From the NCBI GenBank assembly GCA_964035545.1, contig CAXIUT010000183.1, forward strand, positions 1 to 64,000: a DNA stretch of 64,000 bases. The letters are read 5' to 3'. How positions within the stretch are numbered: the first letter of the stretch is position 1; every line of letters starts with the position of its first letter. This document shows, piece by piece, positions 1 through 13,400 of the stretch. Both the position numbers and the translations under genes were made by a program. The stretch comes from Bugula neritina (taxonomy: Eukaryota; Animalia; Bryozoa). Below the pieces are notes generated by a model. It had not been told where the DNA came from. It did no database searches and worked only from the letters and a program-made list of their open reading frames with translations.

Positions 1-3000
1 TTTAGCACATTTGGGCACTTTTCAGCACATTTAAGCACTTTTAGCACATTTAGGTCTAATTAGGCACTTTTTAGCACATTTAGGCACTTTTTAGCACATT
101 TAGGCACTTTTAGCAGATTTAGGCACATTTAAGCACTTTTTAGCACATTTGAGCACTTTTCAGCACATTTAGGCGCTTTTAGCACATTTAGGCACATTTA
201 GGCACATTTAGGCACTTTTTAGCACATTAAGGCACTTTTTAGCACATTTAGGCACTTTTAGCACATTTAGTCACACTTAGGCACTTTTTAGCACATTTAG
301 GCACTTTTAAGCACTTTTTAACAAATTTAGGCCCTTTTAGCACATTTAGGCACATTTAGACACTATTAGCACATTTAGGCACTTTTAGAACATTTTGGCA
401 CATTTAGGCACTATAGGCACATTTAGGCACTTTTAGGCATTTTTTAGCTTATTTAGGCACTTTGCAGCACATTTCGGCGCTTTTAGCACATTAAGGCACA
501 TTTAGGCACTTTTCAGCACATTTGGGCCCTTTTCAGCACATTTAGGCACTTTATAGCACATTTTGGCACTTTTCAGCACATTTAAGCACTTTTAGGACAT
601 TTAGGTACAATTAGGCACTTTTTAGCACATTTAGGCACTTTTAGCACATTTAGGCACATTTAGGCACTTTTTAGCACATTTGGGCACTTTTCAGCACATT
701 TACGCACTTTTAGCACATTTAGGCACAATTAGGCCCTATTAGCATATTTAGGCACTTTTAAGCACTTTTTAACACATTTAGGCCCTTTTAGCACATTTAG
801 GCACATTTAGACACTATTAGCACATTTAGGCACTTTTAGCACATTTAGGCACATTTAGGCACTTTTTAGCACATTTGAGCACTTTTCAGCACATTCAGGC
901 GCTTTTAGCACATTTAGGCACATTTAGGCACTTTTTAGCACATTAAGGCACTTTTTAGCACCTTTAGGCACTTTTAGCCACACTTAGGCACTTTTTAGCA
1001 CATTTGGGCACTTTTCAGCACATTTAGGCAATTTTAGCACATTTAGGCACAATTAGGCACTATTAGCACATTTAGGCACTTTTAAGCACTTTTTAACACA
1101 TTTAGGCCCTTTTAGCACATTTAGGCACATTTAGACACTATTAGCACATTTAGGCACTTTTAGCACATTTAGGCACATTTAGGCACTATAGGCACATTTA
1201 GGCACTTTTAGGCATTTTTAAGCACATTTATGCCCTTTCAGCACATTTAGGCACTTTTCAGCACATTTAGGCATTTTTAGCACACTTAAGCACATTTAGG
1301 CACTCTTTAGCACATTTGGGCACTTTTCAGTACATTTGGGCCTTTTTCAGCACATTTAGGCACTTTTTAGCACATTTGAGCACTTTTCAGCACATTCAGG
1401 CGCTTTTAGCACATTTAGGCACATTTAGGCACTTTTTAGCACATTAAGGCTCTTTTTAGCACCTTTAGGCACTTTTAGCCACACTTAGGCACTTTTTAGC
1501 ACATTTGGGCACTTTTCAGCACATTTAGGCAATTTTAGCACATTTAGGCACAATTAGGCACTATTAGCACATTTAGGCACTTTTAAGCACTTTTTAACAC
1601 ATTTAGGCCCTTTTAGCACATTTAGGCACATTTAGACACTATTAGCACATTTAGGCACTTTTAGCACATTTAGGCACATTTAGGCACTATAGGCACATTT
1701 AGGCACTTTTAGGCATTTTTAAGCACATTTATGCCCTTTCAGCACATTTAGGCACTTTTCAGCACATTTAGGCATTTTTAGCACACTTAAGCACATTTAG
1801 GCACTCTTGAGCACATTTGGGCACTTTTCAGTACATTTGGGCCTTTTTCAGCACATTTAGGCACTTTTTAGCACATTTGGGCACTTTTCAGCACATTTAA
1901 GCACTTTTAGCACATTTAGGTCTAATTAGGCACTTTTTAGCACATTTAGGCACTTTTTAGCACATTTAGGCACTTTTAGCAGATTTAGGCACATTTAAGC
2001 ACTTTTTAGCACATTTGAGCACTTTTCAGCACATTTAGGCGCTTTTAGCACATTTAGGCACATTTAGGCACATTTAGGCACTTTTTAGCACATTAAGGCA
2101 CTTTTTAGCACATTTAGGCACTTTTAGCACATTTAGTCACACTTAGGCACTTTTTAGCACATTTGGGCACTTTTCAGCACTTTTTAACACATTTAGGCCC
2201 TTTTAGCACATTTAGGCACATTTAGACACTATTAGCACATTTAGGCACTTTTAGGCATTTTTAAGCACATTTATGCCCTTTCAGCATATTTAGGCACTTT
2301 ACAGCACATTTGGGCATTTTTAGCACACTTAACCACATTTAGGCACTCTTTAGCTCATTTGGGCACTTTTCAGCACATTTAGGCACTTTTAGCAGATTTA
2401 GGCACATTTAAGCACTTTTTAGCACATTTGAGCACTTTTCAGCACATTTAGGCACTTTTAGCACATTTAAACACTTTTTAGCACATTTAGGCACTTTTAG
2501 CAGTTTTAGGCACATTTAGGCACTCTTAAGCACATTTGGGCACTTTTCAGCACATTTAGGCGCTTTTTAGCACATTTGGGCACTTTTATGCACATTTAAG
2601 CACTTTTTAGCACATTTTGGCACTTTTCAGCACATTTAAGCACTTTTAGCACATTTAGGATTTGTTAGGCACTTTTGAGCACATTTAGGCACTTTTTAGC
2701 ACATTTAGTCACTTTTAGCAAATTTAGGCACATTTAGGCACTTTTTAGCACATTTGGGCACTTCTTAGTGCATTTAAGCACTTTTAGGCACTTTTTAGCA
2801 CATTTGGGCAATTTTCAGCACATTTAGGCACTTTTTAGCACATTTAGGCACTTTTTAGCACATTTAGGCATTTTTAGCACATTTAGGCATTTTTAGGCCT
2901 TTTGCAGCACATTTGGGCACTTTTAGCACATTTAGGCACATTTAGGCACTCTTTAGCACACTTGGGCACTTTTCAGCACATTTAGGGTCTTTTTAGCACA

Positions 3001-3405
3001 ATTAGGCACTTTTTAGCACATTTTAGCATTTTTAAGCACATTTAAGCACTTTTAGCACATTTAGGCACTTTTTAGTACATTTGGGCACTTTTCAGCACAT
3101 TTAGGCGCTTTTAGCACATTTAGGCACATTTAGGCACATTCAGGCACATTTAGGCACTTTTTAGCACATTTAGGCACTTTTTAGCGCATTTAGGCACTTT
3201 TAGCACATTTAGGCACATTTAGGCAATTTTTAGTACATTTTGGCACTTTTTAGCACATTTAGGCACTTTTAGCACATTTAGGTACATTTAGGCACTTTTT
3301 AGCACATTTAGGCACTTTTAGGCCCTTTGCAGCACGTTTGGGCACTTTTTAGCACATTTAGGCAGTCTTAGGCACTTTTCAGCACATTTAGGCACTTTCA
3401 GCACA
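1..3405. repeat. Satellite A: degenerate tandem array of ~10-bp units (TTTAGGCACA / TTTTAGCACA, ~20-21-bp dimer ATTTAGGCAC-TTTT(T)AGCAC) with a telomere-like TTAGGC core; truncated by the window start
   Basis: Continuous repetition of tttaggcac/ttttagcac/ttttcagcac with variable T-run length from base 1 to ...ctttcagcaca at 3405. TAG on + and TAA on - recur throughout, so the track shows no ORFs here. Confidence 0.97.
850..1878. repeat. 501-bp tandem higher-order duplication within satellite A
   Basis: Rare variants recur at +501: acattcaggcgc (891/1392), tagccacacttagg (~974/~1475), tgccctttca (1231/1732), cagtacatttgggcc (~1328/~1829). Confidence 0.85.
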
Positions 3406-3869
3406 GTATACTGCAACATACCGAAATATTTGGTAAACTATTGAAATATACTGTAACCCATTGAAAAATACTGAAACATACTGAAATATACTGCGACACA
3501 TTGCAATATACTGTAAGATACTGAAATATGCTGTAGCACACTGAAATACACTGCAACTCACTGAAATATACTGCAACATACTGAAATACATTGTAACATA
3601 CTGAAACATACTGCAACATACTGCAACATACTGAAATACACTGTAACATACTGAAATACACTGCAAAATATTACAACATATTGAAATACACTGCAACACA
3701 TTGAAATATACTGCAGCATACCTAAATATACGGTAATATACTGAAATATACTGTAACACATTGAAAAATACTGCAACATACTGAAATACACTGCAACCCA
3801 CTGAAATACATCGCAAAATATTACAACATACTGAAATACACTGTAACATATTGAAATACACTGCAACCC

Positions 3870-6800
3870 GTTGAAATATACTGCAACCTACTGAAATATA
3901 TGGTAAACTACTGAAATATACTGCGACACATTGCAATATACTGTAACATACTGAAACATGCTGTGGCACACTAAAATAGACTGCAGCTCACTGAAATATA
4001 CTGCAACATACTAAAATTCACTGCAGCATCCTACAACATGCTGAAATACACTGTAACATATTGAATTACACTGCAACACATTGAAATATACTGCAATATA
4101 CCGAAATATATGGTAAACTATTGAAACATACTGTAACACATTGAAAAATACTGCAAGATACTGAAATATACTGCGACACAATGCAATATACTGTAACATA
4201 CTGAGATACACTGTAACATTCTACAACATACTGAAATACACAGTGTTATATTGAAATACACTGCAACACATTGAAATATACTGCAACATACCTAAATATA
4301 CGGTAATTTACTGAAATATACTGTAACACATTGAAAAATACTGCAAGAAACTGAAATATACTGCGACACATTGAAAAATACTGCAACATACTGAAATACA
4401 CTGCAACACACTGAAATACTTTGCAAAATACTACAACTTACTGAAATACACTGTAACATTATGAAACACACTGCAACACATTGAAATATACTGCAATGTA
4501 CCGAAATATATAGTAAACTACTCAATTATACTGTAACATACTGAGATATGCTGTAGCACACTGAAATACACTGCAACTCACTGAAATAAACTGCAACATA
4601 CTGAAATACACTGCAACATCCTACGACATACTGAAATACACTGTAACATATTGAAATACACTGCAACACATTGAAATATACTGCGATATACCTCAACATA
4701 CGGTAGTACACAATGAAATATACTGCAACATACCGGAATATATGGTAAACTACTGAAATATACTGTACCACATTGAAAAATACTGCAACATACTGAAATA
4801 TACTGCGACAAAATGCAATATACTGTAACATACTGAGATATGCTGTAACACACTGAAACACACTGCAACTCACTGAAAGATACTGAAATATACTGCGACA
4901 CATTGCAATATACCGTAACATACTGAAGTATGCTGTAGCAGACTGAACTACACTGCAACTCACTGAAATACACTGCAACATACTGAAATAAACTGTAACA
5001 TATTGAAACATACCGCAACATACTGCAACATACTGAAATACACTGTAACATACTGGACTACACTGCAAAATACTACAACATATTGAAATACACTGCAACA
5101 CATTGAAATATACTGCAACATACCTAAATATACGGTAATATACCGCAAAATACTGTAACACATTGAAAAATACTGTAACATACTGAAATATACTGCGACA
5201 CATTGCAATATACTGTAACATACTGAAACATGCTGTAGCACACTAAAATAGACTGCAGCTCACTGAAATATACTGCAACATACTGAAATTCACTGCAGCA
5301 TCCTACAACATGCTGAAATACACTGTAACATATTGAATTACACTGCAACACATTCAAATATACTGCAATATACCGAAATATATGGAAAACTACTGAAACA
5401 TACTGTAACACATTGAAAAATACTGCAAGATACTGAAATATACTGCGACACAATGCAATATACTGTAACATACTGAGATATGCTGTAGCACACTGAAATA
5501 CACGGCAACACACTATAATACACTGCAAAATACTACAACATACTGAATTACACTGCAATATATTGAAATACAATGCAACACATTGAACTATACTGCAACA
5601 TACCTAAATATACGGAAATATACTGAAATATACTGTAACACACTGAAAAACACTGCAACATACTGAAATATACTGCAAGATACTGCAACATACCGAAATA
5701 CACTGGGACATACTGAAACACACTGCAACATACTGCATTATACTGACATACACTGGAACATATTGAAATACACTGCAACATCCTACAACATGCTGAAATA
5801 CTCTGTAACATATTGAAATTTACTGCAACACATTGAAATATACTGCCACATACCGAAATATATGGTGAACTACTGAAATATACTGTAACACATTGAAAAA
5901 TACTGCAACATACTGAAATACACTGTAACATACTGAAATAAACTGCAACATACTGAAATACACTGCAACACACTGAAATACTTCGCAAAATACTACAACT
6001 TACTGAAATACACTGTAACATATTGAAACAGACTGCAACACACTGAAATATACTCTGACACATTGCAATATACTGTAACATACTGAAATATGCTGTAGCA
6101 CACTGAAATACACTGCAACTCACTGAAACATACTGCAACATACTGAAATACACTGTAACATATTGAAACATACTGCAACATACTGCAACATACTGAATTA
6201 CACTGTAACATACTGAAATACATTGCAAAATACTACAACATATTGAAATACACTGTAACACATTGAAATATACTACAACATACCTAAATATCCGGTAATA
6301 TACTGAAATATACTGTAACACATTGAAAAATACTGCAACATACTGAAATACACTGCAACCCACTGAAATACATCGCAAAATACTACAACATACTGAAATA
6401 CACTGTAACATATTGAAATACACTGCAACACATTGAAATATACTGCAACCTACAGAAATATATGGTAAACTACTGAAATATACTGTAACACATTGAAAAA
6501 TACTGCAACACACTGAAACATACTGCGACACATTGCAATATACTGTAACATACTGAAACATACTGTAGCACACTGAAATAGACTGCAGCTCACTGAAATA
6601 TACTGCATTATACTGAAATTCACTGCAGCATCCTACAACATGCTGAAATACACTGTAACATATTGAAATACACTGCAACAAACTACAACATATTGAAATA
6701 CACTGCAACGCATTGAAAGACACTGCAACACATTGAAATATACTGCAACATACCAAAATATATGGTAAACTGCTGAAATATACTTTAACACATTGGAAAA

Positions 6801-9800
6801 TACTGCAACATACTGAAATATACTGTAACACACTGAAATATACTGCAACATACTGAAATACACTGCTAGATACCGAAATATACTGCAACATACTGCAACA
6901 TTCTGAAATACACTGCAACATACCCAAATATACGGTAATATACCGAAAAAAAAACTGTAACAGATGGAAAAATTCTGCAACATACTGAAATAAACTGCAA
7001 CACACTGAAATACACCGCAAAATATTACAACATACTGAAATACACTGTAACATATTGAAATACACTGCAACACTTTGAAATATACTGCAACATACCGAAA
7101 TATATGGTAAACTACTAAAATATACTGTAACACTTTGAAAAATAGTGCAACATACTGAAATATACTGCGACACTTTGCAATGTACTGTAACATACTGAAA
7201 TATACTGTAACACACTGAAATATACTGCAACATACTGAAATACACTGTAACGTACTGAAATAAACTGCAACATACCAAAATATATGGTAAACTACTGAAA
7301 TATACTTTAACACATTGAAAAATACTGCAACATACTAAAATATACTGTAACACACTGCAAGATACTGCATTATACTGACATACACTGGAACATATTGAAA
7401 TACACTGCAACATCCTACAACATGCTGAAATACACTGTAACATGTTGAAATACACTGCAACACAATGAAATATACTGCAACATACCAAAATATATGATAA
7501 ACTACTGAAATATACTTTAACACATTGAAAAATACTGCAACATACTGAAATATACTGTAACACACTGAAATATACTGCAACATACTGAAATACACTGTAA
7601 CATACTGAAATATACTGCAACATACTGAAACACACTGTAACATACTGAAATACACTGCAACATACTACAACATACTGAAATACACTGCAACAGATTGAAA
7701 TATACTGAAACATACCTAAATATACGGTAATAAACCGAAATACACTGCAACCCATTGAAATATACTGCAACCTACTGAAATATATGGTAAACTACTGAAA
7801 TATACTGCGACACATTGCAATATACTGTAACATACTGAAACATGCTGTGGCACACTAAAATAGACTGCAGCTCACTGAAATATACTGCAACATACTAAAA
7901 TTCACTGCAGCATCCTACAACATGCTGAAATACACTGTAACATATTGAATTACACTGCAACACATTGAAATATACTGCAATATACCGAAATATATGGTAA
8001 ACTATTGAAACATACTGTAACACATTGAAAAATACTGCAAGATACTGAAATATACTGCGACACAATGCAATATACTGTAACATACTGAGATACACTGTAA
8101 CATTCTACAACATACTGAAATACACAGTATTATATTGAAATACACTGCAACACATTGAAATATACTGCAACATACCTAAATACACGGTAATTTACTGAAA
8201 TATACTGTAACACATTGAAAAATACTGCAAGAAACTGAAATATACTGCGACACATTGAAAAATACTGCAACCTACTGAAATACACTGCAACACACTGAAA
8301 TACTTTGCAAAATACTACAACTTACTGAAATACACTGTAACATTATGAAACACACTGCAACACATTGAAATATACTGCAATGTACCGAAATATATAGTAA
8401 ACTACTCAATTATACTGTAACATACTGAGATATGCTGTAGCACACTGAAATACACTGCAACTCATTGAAATAAACTGCAACATACTGAAATACACTGCAA
8501 CATCCTACAACATACTGAAATACACTGTAACATATTGAAATACACTGCAACACATTGAAATATACTGCGATATACCTCAACATACGGTAGTACACAATGA
8601 AATATACTGCAACATACCGGAATATATGGTAAACTACTGAAATATACTGTAACACATTGAAAAATACTGCAACATACTGAAATATACTGCGACAAAATGC
8701 AATATACTGTAACATACTGAGATATGCTGTAACACACTGAAACACACTGCAACTCACTGAAAGATACTGAAATATACTGCGACACATTGCAATATACCGT
8801 AACATACTGAAGTATGCTGTAGCAGACTGAACTACACTGCAACTCACTGAAATACACTGCAACATACTGAAATAAACTGTAACATATTGAAACATACCGC
8901 AACATACTGCAACATACTGCAACATACTGAAATACACTGTAACATACTGGACTACACTGCAAAATACTACAACATATTGAAATACACTGCAACACATTGA
9001 AATATACTGCAACATACCTAAATATACGGTAATATACCGCAAAATACTGTAACACATTGAAAAATACTGTAACATACTGAAATATACTGCGACACATTGC
9101 AATATACTGTAACATACTGAAACATGCTGTAGCACACTAAAATAGACTGCAGCTCACTGAAATATACTGCAACATACTGAAATTCACTGCAGCATCCTAC
9201 AACATGCTGAAATACACTGTAACATATTGAATTACACTGCAACACATTCAAATATACTGCAATATACCGAAATATATGGTAAAGTACTGAAACATACTGT
9301 AACACATTGAAAAATACTGCAAGATACTGAAATATACTGCGACACAATGCAATATACTGTAACATACTGAGATATGCTGTAGCACACTGAAATACACTGC
9401 AACACACTATAATACACTGCAAAATACTGCAACATACTGAATTACACTGCAATATATTGAAATACAATGCAACACATTGAACTATACTGCAACATACCTA
9501 AATATACGGAAATATACTGAAATATACTGTAACACACTGAAAAATACTGCAACATACTGAAATACACTGCAACCCACTGAAATACATCGCAAAATACTAC
9601 AACATATTGAAATACACTGTAACACATTGAAATATACTACAACATACCTAAATATCCGGTAATATACTGAAATATACTGTAACACACTGAAAAAGACTGC
9701 AACATACTGAAATATACTGCAAGATACTGCAACATACCGAAATACACTGGGACATACTGAAACACACTGCAACATACTGCATTATACTGACATACACTGG

Positions 9801-12800
9801 AACATATTGAAATACACTGCAACATCCTACACATGCTGAAATACTCTGTAACATATTGAAATTTACTGCAACACATTGAAATATACTGCCACATACCGAA
9901 ATATATGGTGAACTACTGAAATATACTGTAACACATTGAAAAATACTGCAACATACTGAAATACACTGTAACATACTGAAATAAACTGCAACATACTGAA
10001 ATACACTGCAACACACTGAAATACTTCGCAAAATACTACAACTTACTGAAATACACTGTAACATATTGAAACAGACTGCAACACACTGAAATATACTCTG
10101 ACACATTGCAATATACTGTAACATACTGAAATATGCTGTAGCACACTGAAATACACTGCAACTCACTGAAACATACTGCAACATACTGAAATACACTGTA
10201 ACATATTGAAACATACTGCAACATACTGCAACATACTGAATTACACTGTAACATACTGAAATACATTGCAAAATACTACAACATATTGAAATACACTGTA
10301 ACATATTGAAATACACTGCAACACATTGAAATATACTGCAACCTACAGAAATATATGGTAAAATACTGAAATATACAGTAACACATTGAAAAATACTGCA
10401 ACACACTGAAACATACTGCGACACATTGCAATATACTGTAACATACTGAAACATACTGTAGCACACTGAAATAGACTGCAGCTCACTGAAATATACTGCA
10501 TTATACTGAAATTCACTGCAGCATCCTACAACATGCTGAAATACACTGTAACATATTGAAATACACCGCAACAAACTACAACATATTGAAATACACTGCA
10601 ACGCATTGAAAGACACTGCAACACATTGAAATATACTGCAACATACCAAAATATATGGTAAACTGCTGAAATATACTTTAACACATTGGAAAATACTGCA
10701 ACATACTGAAATATACTGTAACACACTGAAATATACTGCAACATACTGAAATACACTGCTAGATACCGAAATACACTGCAACATACTGCAACATTCTGAA
10801 ATACACTGCAACATACCTAAATATACGGTAATATACCGAAAAAAAAACTGTAACAGATGGAAAAATTCTGCAACATACTGAAATAAACTGCAACACACTG
10901 AAATACACCGCAAAATATTACAACATACTGAAATACACTGTAACATATTGAAATACACTGCAACACTTTGAAATATACTGCAACATACCGAAATATATGG
11001 TAAACTACTAAAATATACTGTAACACTTTGAAAAATAGTGCAACATACTGAAATATACTGCGACACTTTGCAATGTACTGTAACATACTGAAATATACTG
11101 TAACACACTGAAATATACTGCAACATACTGAAATACACTGTAACATACTGAAATAAACTGCAACATACCAAAATATATGGTAAACTACTGAAATATACTT
11201 TAACACATTGAAAAATACTGCAACATACTAAAATATACTGTAACACACTGCAAGATACTGCATTATACTGACATACACTGGAACATATTGAAATACACTG
11301 CAACATCCTACAACATGCTGAAATACACTGTAACATGTTGAAATACACTGCAACACAATGAAATATACTGCAACATACCAAAATATATGGTAAACTACTG
11401 AAATATACTTTAACACATTGAAAAATACTGCAACATACTGAAATATACTGTAACACACTGAAATATACTGCAACATACTGAAATACACTGTAACATACTG
11501 AAATATACTGCAACATACTGAAACACACTGTAACATACTGAAATACACTGCAACATACTACAACATACTGAAATACACTGCAACAAATTGAAATATACTG
11601 AAACATACCTAAATATACGGTAATAAACCGAAATACACTGCAACCCATTGAAATATACTGCAACCTACTGAAATATATGGTAAACTACTGAAATATACTG
11701 CGACACATTGCAATATACTGTAACATACTGAAACATGCTGTGGCACACTAAAATAGACTGCAGCTCACTGAAATATACTGCAACATACTAAAATTCACTG
11801 CAGCATCCTACAACATGCTGAAATACACTGTAACATATTGAATTACACTGCAACACATTGAAATATACTGCAATATACCGAAATATATGGTAAACTATTG
11901 AAACATACTGTAACACATTGAAAAATACTGCAAGATACTGAAATATACTGCGACACAATGCAATATACTGTAACATACTGAGATACACTGTAACATTCTA
12001 CAACATACTGAAATACACAGTATTATATTGAAATACACTGCAACACATTGAAATATACTGCAACATACCTAAATATACGGTACTTTACTGAAATATACTG
12101 TAACACATTGAAAAATACTGCAAGAAACTGAAATATACTGCGACACATTGAAAAATACTGCAACATACTGAAATACACTGCAACACACTGAAATACTTTG
12201 CAAAATACTACAACTTACTGAAATACACTGTAACATTATGAAACACACTGCAACACATCGAAATATACTGCAATGTACCGAAATATATAGTAAACTACTC
12301 AATTATACTGTAACATACTGAGATATGCTGTAGCACACTGAAATACACTGCAACTCACTGAAATAAACTGCAACATACTGAAATACACTGCAACATCCTA
12401 CAACATACTGAAATACACTGTAACATATTGAAATACACTGCAACACATTGAAATATACTGCGATATACCTCAACATACGGTAGTACACAATGAAATATAC
12501 TGCAACATACCGGAATATATGGTAAACTACTGAAATATACTGTAACACATTGAAAAATACTGCAACATACTGAAATATACTGCGACAAAATGCAATATAC
12601 TGTAACATACTGAGATATGCTGTAACACACTGAAACACACTGCAACTCACTGAAAGATACTGAAATATACTGCGACACATTGCAATATACCGTAACATAC
12701 TGAAGTATGCTGTAGCAGACTGAACTACACTGCAACTCACTGAAATACACTGCAACATACTGAAATAAACTGTAACATATTGAAACATACCGCAACATAC

Positions 12801-13400
12801 TGCAACATACTGAAATACACTGTAACATACTGGACTACACTGCAAAATACTACAACATATTGAAATACACTGCAACACATTGAAATATACTGCAACATAC
12901 CTAAATATACGGTAATATACCGCAAAATACTGTAACACATTGAAAAATACTGTAACATACTGAAATATACTGCGACACATTGCAATATACTGTAACATAC
13001 TGAAACATGCTGTAGCACACTAAAATAGACTGCAGCTCACTGAAATATACTGCAACATACTGAAATTCACTGCAGCATCCTACAACATGCTGAAATACAC
13101 TGTAACATATTGAATTACACTGCAACACATTCAAATATACTGCAATATACCGAAATATATGGTAAACTACTGAAACATACTGTAACACATTGAAAAATAC
13201 TGCAAGATACTGAAATATACTGCGACACAATGCAATATACTGTAACATACTGAGATATGCTGTAGCACACTGAAATACACTGCAACACACTATAATACAC
13301 TGTAAAATACTACAACATACTGAATTACACTGCAATATATTGAAATACAATGCAACACATTGAACTATACTGCAACATACCTAAATATACGGAAATATAC
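3870..13400. repeat. ~3.9-kb higher-order repeat of satellite B (about 2.5 copies, with internal module rearrangements)
   Basis: An identical marker ORF lies at 4011, 7895 and 11788 (offsets 3884, 3893). Also 7335/11228 and 7517/11410 (3893). Boundaries approximate. Confidence 0.8.

Noticed and set aside
1-3405. True telomere tract
   Set aside because: The units are heterogeneous, interrupted by CAC/ACA, and show kb-scale duplications, unlike a homogeneous telomerase product.
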